A stretch of DNA of 26,831 nucleotides from Paraphysomonas bandaiensis. Its lineage: Eukaryota; Protista; Chrysophyceae. Where the stretch lies: assembly GCA_965644295.1 (NCBI GenBank), contig CBFFRP010000325.1, positions 1-26,831 on the forward strand, given 5' to 3'. A program made the translations under genes and the position numbers. The notes below the pieces were generated by a model that was given only the letters and a program-made list of their open reading frames with translations, had not been told where the DNA came from and made no database searches. How positions within the stretch are numbered: position 1 is the stretch's first letter; each line of letters opens with the position of its first letter. Below, piece after piece: positions 10,501-20,085 of this stretch.

Positions 10501-12732
10501 GACCGCTCATCATCCTCCTCAGTGAGTGACTCATCAACACGTATGTTCTCGTCATATTTCTCGGGTGATGTGTCTCTACATCTCTCGCTCTGCTCCTCGG
10601 GCCCTTCTTGGAGAACTTCCTCCTGTGTGAAAGTTTTGATTGCGGGGTGTGTGCTTGTGTTCAATATATCGGCATCTGTGTCTAAAGTGCATATCGTGTG
10701 CAGACTCAGACTTGTAATGGGTTGTTTCTGTACTGGAGAGGATGGTACATCGTCTCGGGGAGGGGTGAACAACACCTTACTACTGGGAGCATTTGCGAGT
10801 GGTGGAAGAAGCGGCTTCGATCCTACACGGGTAATACCGTCGCCGCTAAGAGGAACGCCATTAGCCCGACTACTACTGCTGGCAGCACTGCCACTTAATG
10901 ACCCAGAACTTGCTCTGGTTAAGTCGTTTTCATCGTCTACCTTAGCCTCCAAGTTAATAGATGGGTCAGATGGGGTACGCTTCACTCTTTTCCTCTTGCG
11001 GGTCTTTTTCTTTTCTCTACTCTCCGTCGACACTTGACGACCTATGGATTCCCCGGCTGTGCTACTGTTACCATCAGCGCTACCCTCGCAACTAGTAGTA
11101 TGATCACCACCATCACACTCCTTGGACTCGGACGGTGCACGGTAAGTACCCTCAGGGTGCAACTTTGGCCGTACACATGAAGCCATATCTAACTGGTCAG
11201 AGGGGAGGATCGCCGTCGGAGACGAGCTTATATTGGCCACATCAGTGGATAGCGAGTTCTCTGCTGGTACCCCCACTTCTACTGGCCCTTTTTCTGTTTC
11301 TTTGCTGCCTGGCTCCTTTCTTCTTGAACCTTTAACTAAAGTCTTTACATCAACCTTGGTCGCAGCTATAGGCGGACCAGGTAGGGGGAAGGGTATCAGC
11401 TTTCCATCAGGGTGCACTCTGTTCGACGTGTCTGACTGTGTCGCAACTCTATTAGAATTATCGGGGGTAGCAGCTTGCACGTCGGACTGTCGAAACCGAG
11501 TGACAAATGAGTACGACAGTTGCCGCAATTTCGTCGACAGCGCTAGAGATGTTGGTGTGGAATCCACTTCTGAGGCATTCTCTCGTACTGCACTATCTTC
11601 AGCTTCACTGCCCATACTTTGCTGTTTCTTAACTGGACCTAATGAATCCATTCGCGCCATTGACAGGGCCCGCATCCAATGTATCGCCTGACCTAACCTA
11701 CCAGACTCCTGACTGCGCATTATTTTACGGCTCGACTTTTTACTAAAACTAGAAAGCGCAGGGTCGCTATTCTCTCGAAATCCTCCCTTGTTTAGATGTC
11801 CTTGGCCTGTAATGCGCACCAGGTCGATCCTATAAAAAACAGTCATTCAATGGATTCAACGGAATTAAGTGCCTACTTAAGAAACAGAAAGGGGTCCATG
11901 GTTTCTTCTTTTTCCCCACAATTCGGACAGACTGTAGTCAGCATCGTCACGCCCTGGACGGAGTCGGATACAAAGGAGCGCTGGTACGCATATTCGCTTC
12001 CACTTCTCTTCATCAGCCACACCGGACTACATAACACACCACCCTCAAATCCACATACTCCACACAGGGATGCACACAGGAATGCATATCATGAAAGATG
12101 CATATATATATATGTAAGGCAAACGTACCCTGAGTCACTTAAATTTACTTTGGGCTCAAAATGGGGAGGCACAGTTTGCTGAAAACTTTCGTGAAGTCTG
12201 CAACAGACAGATCAGACAGGATTATGTTGAAAATCTGAACCTACGCTTCCATTAAGTAAATATACGTGTCTTCAATAGATGTGTTAAGTATGGCTTCTTT
12301 TAGAACTGTTATGCGGTTCATTCGCCGAATTAGAACTGCAGGAGTTATTACAACCCGCTTGTCTGTCCACATCTCGTGGAGAACCTTCCGAAGAGCGAGA
12401 ACAATATCGCTGCAGCCATACAAGTGAGCCACTATAAACAATACAAAGTTTGTTATGTTAGCACCTTCTGTATTTCCTTTCGGTCTTGTCTTCCACTCCA
12501 CCCACTGATCTAACATAATCTGGTGGTGATGCCCTTCCATAACAAAGTAAGTCAACACATCGTTAGCTAATACATATCAAACTCACCTGATCATAAAACA
12601 GATTTGTTCAATATTTGAAAGAGCTTGAATGATGGCATTTACAAAGCTCGAGTCGCCATAGTTGAGCAACCCGAGCTTCCCCTGTAGAGAAAACTCATTC
12701 TTCGGCTCTCGAGAAAATATTGTGAGCTCCAT
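7581..12732 (-). CDS. USP20/USP33-like ubiquitin-specific protease family protein (split USP domain + two C-terminal DUSP domains), predicted catalytically inactive, ~10 exons
   Basis: ATG 12732. Cys-box GLLNYGDSSFVNAIIQAL; ALRKVLHEMW; MEALHE; SFVSDSVQG..TVCPNCG..MDPF; ~500-aa low-complexity insert; TLSDCLKQHF..YCPRC..APEVLVIYFNRF..KINSKIEFP. His-box YNLAVVIEHAG..SQY..WFEYED. DUSP motifs DPGPICNDDIACPHG and WLDRWRLFV..PPGPISN..VWKVLSDMYDGGPPI. Stop at 7581. Confidence 0.9.
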
Positions 12733-13229
12733 AACAGCCCGCTGATGTGTCTGGGCAGTGGAGACACAGGCACAGGTTGCTCTTTAGTCCACGAGCTTAA
12801 GATAAGAAGAAGATAAGATCAGAATAAATAAAATACGGGGGACAGAAGCGGGCTGCTATCGTATTCATACTCTAATTCATGAGAGCATTCATGACCTGCG
12901 CTGATAGACTAGACGACTACACTCTTCGACTGAGGCTGATTAGTACAGGATCAGGATCAGGCTAACATCTAACACACAACTGCGGAATAGATGCGCTCAT
13001 GTATGTCTGTGTGTAGCGGGTGTGTGTGGGTGCTTTGTACGAACAGAGGCACACTTCACATAAATACACGAGTGAATGAAGTACTCCAGTACAGTACTGT
13101 AACTACAGCACACTGCGGACCTACTACTGAAAAAACACAGCAGCATAATACGCATATGTGAAACCCCTGCACTGCGGTTGTGTGAGTATGATATGATTGG
13201 CTCCTCTCAGTGATCTGCTGATGCTGATG

Positions 13230-13871
13230 GATAGTACACGGAAAGTGTGGTATGATACTACGACCCGTATGCATAATAAGATCAACCAGAAGTAGATCTT
13301 GACATGATGAATCGCGCTGGTGTTTACTGAGGTATAGGCAGGTGTTATTGCCTATACAGCCTATGGTAAGAATGGGTTGATATAGCAGGGGCAGCTCACG
13401 TCCTCCTGTTTATTTATGTGAAGGGACAGCTCCACGAGGTCACACGCTAATGCAACTGCAAGCTATACCTAGATCTTGGCTGAAGGAACATGCGACTCAG
13501 TGAGGATGCAACAGTTGTGTAGTGAGTGTGGTCGTGTGTACCACTACTCCCGTATCATCCTGAGTTGCAACCTATCGAGGAGCTATGGGGGGATGTGGAG
13601 CAGGATGTCTCTAGAAAGTATGCTGGTACGCATACAATGAAAGAATTATGACAACACGTACGGGTGGATTTTCGTAAGTATGACATGAGAGAAAATCACA
13701 GAATAAGTTTGATCATGCAATATCACAAGGTAGATGGGTGTGTATTTTAAGGCTATAGATTTCGCTGTGTACAAAGATGATGATACAGATGTAGAAGTTG
13801 ATGATCTTGTTGTTGAGGGAGACGGTGAGGCTGATGTATGACAAGGGGATAATGATGACTATTTGGGTTGA
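13230..13871 (+). mobile_element. Degenerate IS630/Tc1/mariner-superfamily (DDE_3-type) transposase, C-terminal remnant
   Basis: 13541-13588 encodes PLLPYHPELQPIEELW, the motif carrying the third catalytic residue (cf. LPxYSPDLNPIExxW). It continues GDVEQDVSRKYAGTHTMKEL* and later an acidic tail (DDDTDVEVDDLVVEGDGEADV*). A frameshift lies just upstream and stops lie downstream. The 5' boundary is approximate. Confidence 0.8.
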
Positions 13872-14307
13872 AAAAGTAATAATGTGTCAGGTGACTAAAA
13901 GTGTTTGTTTTAAACCTTCTAGTGGAACATATACTACCTAAACCTACTAAGTAATACTACTACTAATTTAAAGTAGTATAGAATACTATAACTTATAACT
14001 AGTTCTTTACTTCAATATATAACTAGTTATTCCCATTTATATAGTTTAGGAATCCCAATCTTCAGGTATTTCTTTTTCTTTAGCGTTTCCCCTGTTTGAA
14101 TATTTTCGGCAGATTGTGCGCGAACATCGGGCAGATTCAACTGGTTAGAGCCATTCTTCTGTAATTTCATTGTCATGAATTCAAGTGGTCTTAAGTCATC
14201 CCTGAGGGTCACTAATTCCTTAGATTACCTTCTATACTTAAAGTAGGCACCACATGTTTGCATATATAATTATTCTACTGTTAAGTAAATGTGTACATAC
14301 TATATAG

Positions 14308-14355
14308 TGTTACTAAGTTGTTACTAAGTGTGAACATAAGTAAGTGTTACTAAGT
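14308..14355. repeat. Three exact copies of the 11-mer TGTTACTAAGT
   Basis: Copies at 14308-14318, 14319-14329 and 14345-14355. Confidence 0.8.
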
Positions 14356-15039
14356 CATCAATATATATCAAGGTGATGACCAAGCTTCACATGGGAGTGA
14401 TACACAAACTTCCTAGCACAATACGCCACAGAAGAAGGGCCCCCCTCTTTGTGTGTTTACGGGTTAATTCTAAACTACAATATTTCTATTTCAATAAAAT
14501 TGGAAGGACACTGAACAGGGATAAGTACCAGAATCATACTGTGTCAAACTACTAGTAGTGAATTACTGATTTTTTGCACTAGGCGTGTAAGAGTCAGAAC
14601 TAGCTTAGCATTGCAATTTAACTAACTAGAGCTTAACTCTGATATCCTACTAGTTAACGCTACGAAAGCTGCTTGTGCGTCACCGCAAGCACCAAGGTGC
14701 AACCCTTTCGCCCAATCACTGAAAACAAACGCAATGAGCAAGCAAAATGTTGATATACCTGACACCTGCTAACTTCAGGATTTTTAAGTCCTTAAGGTGA
14801 ACAACCCGGATGTTTGATTTCAGCAGGCAGCCCAATATCCCGGATGCCCTTGAGGTGGGCCAATTCCAGGATGCCTGTTTATTTGTCAAGGCTTAAACAC
14901 AAGTGACACTATTTAGTGTTCCTTGTACCACATAAGCACTAGGCTATGAGTGGGCAGAATACTATATGCTGACTATACGGACTATACATGTGGTTCACAT
15001 TACTTTCCCGAAGTAACCTCTTCAGTACTAATCCCCCAG

Positions 15040-15106
15040 AACAAACGAAAAGATTCTAGTCCGACTTTGTTGAAGGTAAAGTCGGACTCGCACCTTTTCG
15101 TTCGTT
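15040..15106 (-). other. 67-nt hairpin (29-bp arms, 9-nt loop)
   Basis: AACAAACGAAAAGATTCTAGTCCGACTTT-gttgaaggt-AAAGTCGGACTCGCACCTTTTCGTTCGTT; 25/29 positions Watson-Crick. Confidence 0.75.
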
Positions 15107-15670
15107 TAAATATAGTGAAGGACAATGAACAATAATACGTGATCTTGATTATAATTTTACTAATTGATTATTGCGTGAGATCAAAGAAAGTTACTTGAGT
15201 TTTATCCATCTGGAAGTCTCTACAAGATCGAACTTACGATTTTTTACTACTTTCATTGACTGTAGTATACTCGGAGGTACTGCTTGTTTCAACTCTACGC
15301 AATACGAAATGATTGATGAAAAATGAAATGTCGGTGATATGTTTATGAAAAATATAACGGATGGCTGTAGTAGGTGTAGTGGGGGCAGCAATCGTTAAAT
15401 TGTGAACATACCAGTGAGCGAAAAGCAAAACTTTACACGAAATTATTTCGCTACACAAACCTGGATGGGTAGATAGGAAAAAAAGATGGGTACAAACTAT
15501 AGTGGTAATATAATTGGAATGCTGAAACAGTATACTAGCATTGCGATCGGTACACTATTCACCTTCGCCGCCTACAATTATGATAACACTACCCTAATCA
15601 CCTAATTAGGGAAATTCATACCATAGAATTCCAGAAAGCTATATTTTATTACCTATATTATACTATAAGA

Positions 15671-17849
15671 TTAAAGTAATTCCGGTAGATCATCATCGTC
15701 ATCAATGGTAGGTCTTCCCCGTGCCTTGTTCATAACATATTGTGCCTGGGACTTGACAATCACCTGTAGTGAGTATCGTCAGTCACATCATGTCATAATC
15801 ATAATATCCCACTATTACCGGAATTGCCACAGCAGCCATCTCTATGGTAGGGTCTAGAGCAAGAGCAATACCCTCTGCCACCTACATAGTATACATTGGT
15901 GGCATTAATTTCAAATATGTATCTTATAAACAATGCCGATCATACCTTAATCGACATTGCTGTCTGGAAAAACTCCGGGACGACTTTCACCTTGTTAACG
16001 CAGCTGAGGGTACACACCTCCGTCAGGTACCCCCCTAAATGTTCAAAGTAATTGAGGGTCTGCGCTCGTCTCACTATGTCCCCGACTCCAGTACAGAATC
16101 TTTCCAGTCCCTCTCTGAGCCACAATTACACACGTCGCATATAATACAATGATTCTTACTTGCTCATCTTCGTACTGTGATCTGCCAAAAGCATCCCTGC
16201 CTTGTAACCATCGTAATGCAGGAGCGCAAGACATATGTCCAGCATGGGGCGGAATTGTTCCTTTTTGACCTACAGCACAGTTAGTCACATTAACTCAGTG
16301 TCGATGGAACAAACCTTAGTGACGATACCACAGTCGATGAAGACAAGTTTTGGACCATCTTTATCAAGCTGCACCAGAATGTTCCCTACAAAGTACATGA
16401 ATTAGATATACTGTAAGTAGAAGGATTACTCCCAATGCATCATACAACACACAACATGGAACATTGATTGCAAGAAGTATCTATACCTGGGTGAAGATCG
16501 CCGTGTACGAAGTTGTGTTTGAACACCATCTCCAGTAACGACAATGAACACAAGTCAACCAACTGAAGCTTTAGCTTCTTGTCTACATCCTTCTTCATAT
16601 ACTCGTTTATAGATTTTCCCTCGTGAAATGTCTATACAAGTATAAGATATATGCACATGAGTTAGTCCTTTCAAAGTGCAATGCTATCAGGTCAGTAGTA
16701 CCTCCACAAGTGCATTTTCTTTAGCATACCCTTGGACGGGTTTAGGAAATATAATTTTGGGTTGATCTTCAAAATTCTTTTGAAATTTCATTAAATGTCT
16801 GGCCTCCATACGAAGATCATTCTGCTTGTCCATATTCTACACACAGAAGCATTATTTGACTGCGACTGAAGCTCAGAAGGTCACTCACAATTGCAAACTC
16901 CTCCACAATATCTCTCATAGAAAGGTATTCTAAAGAGGGAAACAACTCGAACACAAACGCCATGGCTCTCAGAATGTCCATATCGACAGCGATGAGCTTT
17001 CGAACGTGTGGGTGGATGAGCTTAATGGCAACCTTTTGGTCAGTGCCATCGGGATTCTTGAGTTTGCCCTTGTAGACCTGCAGAAATTCATTACCGACGA
17101 GAATTACGTCCATGGAACAAATCAACCTGCGCTATGCAGCCAGAACCGATGGGATCTTTCTCCACTTCTAGTCTTTCCTCAAAATCTTCCCCAAATGACT
17201 CGGCCAATGTGTTGCGAGCAGTACTCCAAGGATATGTCTATGCAGAGGCATGAACGTGATCTACATTGAAAGTTCTACATGAAATAACTCATACCACAGT
17301 ACTATCTTGGAGTCTTTCTAAATGTGACGTCAAGCTTTCCCTATACAGCACACATTGTTATATTCAATACTGAGGTGTGGTACTCACTCACGGGAATAGG
17401 TCTGGTCGAGAAGAGGCCCACTGTGCAAGTTTTATGAAAGTCGGACCCAGATACTGAATGCAAGACACAATATACTCCCACAAGAATTCATCTTTTCCAA
17501 AATACAATGCCGGAGGTCCGATAATCGCGGCAGATGAAATAACAGCAGAGCACAGTACAACTCTCTTGCTGGCATAAAGAAACCGCAAAATACTCCGCCA
17601 TATTTCTTTAACCTTCCGTACGAGAAACTCAGTAGTAGTTTCATCCTTGTTTGATTTCGGCTTAGCAGCAGCAGGAGGTGCTATAGGAGGCTTCGCCAGA
17701 AGGGCTTGATCAGCAAAAGCGAATGCATTTCTGTGCGAATATATGCACGCAGCGGAGCCGACAACAGCCAATCGCGTTAAATTACGAGATCTCGAAGCCT
17801 GTCTGGTAAACCTCAATGGAGAGGTCAGGCGAAAGGAAGTACGCAACAT
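15671..17849 (-). CDS. ADCK2: ABC1/UbiB atypical kinase, ADCK2-like, probably mitochondrial, ~11 exons
   Basis: Arg/Ser-rich, acid-free N-terminus resembling a presequence. Motifs GPTFIKLAQWASSRPDLFP, LERLQD, PIGSGCIAQVYKG, VAIKLIHP, DLRMEARHL, FVHGDLHPGNILV, LVFIDCGIV and EGIALALDP splice in frame. TAA at 15671-15673. Confidence 0.9.
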
Positions 17850-19163
17850 ATTATAAATCTTCTATTCTATCTTCCTGCGAGAGAAGACGAATGAAATGGC
17901 TGTTATGGACTCTTCTGACTGGCGGCTCTATGATTCCAGTACTCTCACTCTGTACGTACACACCTTCCCTTCCTTCCTCTCTCCACTGATTCTATATGGT
18001 GTGCCGTATACAGCACGAAATGTACGTAGACCTCCTGTACATCGTGTTTTATTTTACCTGTTTTTTTTTGTTTTTTTTGTATGGACTTCGCACTTCTTGC
18101 TTTATGCACGCACCACTGTATCATTTCTATCAACAGACATTGCGGAGTGACCTTTGATCTTCACAGTATATCATTGCATGCTTCCATGGATTGCTTGTAA
18201 TCTCCCATCCTCAGAAGTTATTTTCAGGTACTGCGAATTTGTTTGTTTGTATATTTCTCAACTCACCTCATTGATTTTCAGTTGCCATGCCCGTTCATGT
18301 CTACTAAGTAGAACCTGATGTCTCAATTCCATCATTCATCATTGAGCCAAGAGGCAACTAATAATGAAGTTGTGGGTCGATGAACTCATGTAATGGATAT
18401 GATTTTATAATCGTCAGTATAGTTATGAGTACATGCCTGGTAGTTCACAGATGATTGCCTGATTTGGGGCCTACTAGATGATTGAGGGTTCTGAACAGGC
18501 CGTAATGATGATGGTTCTCCACATTAAGAGGGTTGTATGCGCTGAAGAATGAGATATAGCAGTCTTTTTAGTAAGTTGTTTTTTCTTGTATGCTACTTTC
18601 GTGTTGCTATATCTTATTGGTTAGTAAGTGACCAGTGCAGTAATAGCTGTTATTGTGACCTTTGCTGTGTAAAGCATTAGTAATTCCTCTAATCACTATC
18701 ACTCAGTTAATATTGAGTGTGCATGTACTTCTAATCCCAAAAGCTCTGAAACGATTTTATTTTGACCTACTACCTAGTAGCCTGTAGCCTGGAGGTAGCT
18801 CTTAGAAAATGCAATATCGCTATCTGGAAGTACAGATATGGTGTTCGTGTATCGCATTTATTAATGAAATTAAAATCTATTGACCCAGATCAATACTATG
18901 ATGTAACAGATGTGGCCTCATATAAAACTGGCTTCCATAGTCCGAAAATGCAAGTAGGCACCATTGGTGAACCAAAGTACATCACATTACATACAAACAA
19001 ATCTCACAGAGCTATTAAGATGCGCATCACACCACTCAATTATCAACAGGGTTGCGTAACAATTAATTCAATTGCAATAGCAACAATAAGACGTAACGGG
19101 GAGAAAAATTCTTCCTATATACGCCTAATTACTCTTTTGTTGCATATGTCGTCTACTATATTA

Positions 19164-19560
19164 TAAAAATCCTCTTTCCCAATAGAACCGCTGCTGTCGA
19201 ATTAGAGTCGCTGTTTTTGTTTTACTCTTCTTTATGTTGACTGCACATAAGCGCGCTTTCTTGGAGGCTTAAGACTGCAGGTGTGTCACTATCTCTTCTG
19301 CCCAATTTTGCGTGTCTCCACACACTCAAGTATTTCACGGGAGTGAATACTTGGTCTTCAGGTGAATTCTCTTCCCCTTGAAGTAGAGATAGCTTTTGTT
19401 GCAAGATGTCAACGCGAGCTTGCAAATACTTGCATCTTTCTCTGCCTTCTCCAATTTCTTGCTCTCTCTTGCAAACCTCTGCTTGTATAGCTTTAACTCT
19501 CTCTATATATAATCTCTATCAAGCTTCTTTCTTCCAGGGCCTTGATGAGGCTCACCACCT
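19164..19560 (-). pseudogene. Disrupted coiled-coil-encoding exon
   Basis: After a TTCAG acceptor the frame reads GEPHQGPGRKKLDRDYI*RELKLYKQRFARESKKLEKAEKDASI, then a 1-nt frameshift near 19426, then LQARVDILQQKLSLLQGEE...HKEE*TKTATLIRQQRFYWERGFL*. Confidence 0.5.
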
Positions 19561-20085
19561 GAACAAAATTCGCAATTCATCCTATTTTGATGCAATGGTA
19601 ATGAGATATTAGCAGTTGTGAATGCCTTTCAAATTGACAGGGCTTTTTCAAACTTTGAAATTTCAAAATAAGCCGCATCTTGAACAGACATGCACAAATT
19701 CAAATTCCAAGTTTACTGGTTCCCACTGATAGCCTAACCATGAATACTATGTAATGGAATAATACTATCAAGTTGATATGCTGATGCATATGGTTGTGCG
19801 TAGACTCACAGTTGAACTGCTGCTGATGCATGAGAAATCCTGTGCTTTATAGAATACGACAACTACGGCTGGAATACAGATAATAGTTGTTTATATTCCA
19901 CAACTCTTCTCCTGTTAACCAATAGTTTCTCTTTGATTGGATATGAAAGGAAATGATTTGTCAGGGATATTTGTCGTCACTCAAAGAGCAGCAACTTTCA
20001 TCGCACTCCAGGAGACGATGGGAATAATCACGACAGAGGGGGTCAAGCGGCTGTTGGCGTCGTTACTTTATCAATACCAGAATCA

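Noticed and set aside
10420-11691. Plus-strand ORFs of 205 and 152 aa (and similar antisense ORFs over other exons)
   Set aside because: They are antisense shadows of real exons and show no domain features.
12430-12586. Apparent frameshift near the USP 5' end
   Set aside because: Resolved by a short exon (RASPPDYVRSV) and a ~68-nt GT-AG intron with a GCTAAC branch site.
506-12732. Functional ubiquitin/ERAD cluster (RHBDL4-like rhomboid plus USP protein)
   Set aside because: Separated by 6 kb and an unrelated gene; ubiquitin-system genes are common, so adjacency is uninformative in a eukaryote.
14027-14212. 61-aa minus-strand ORF as a gene
   Set aside because: Non-ATG start, no recognisable motif, and embedded in repeat-like AT-rich DNA.
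14630-14690. Hammerhead ribozyme or telomerase RNA
   Set aside because: CTGATAT does not match the CUGANGA core, the required stems are missing, and no CTAACCCTAA template is present.
17896-18150. Overlapping 84-aa (+) and 62-aa (-) ORFs
   Set aside because: They span CT-rich and poly-T sequence upstream of the ABC1 gene and have low-complexity translations.
18762-19166. 134-aa plus-strand ORF
   Set aside because: TTG start, no domain, AT-rich, and lies within the decayed minus-strand region; likely spurious.
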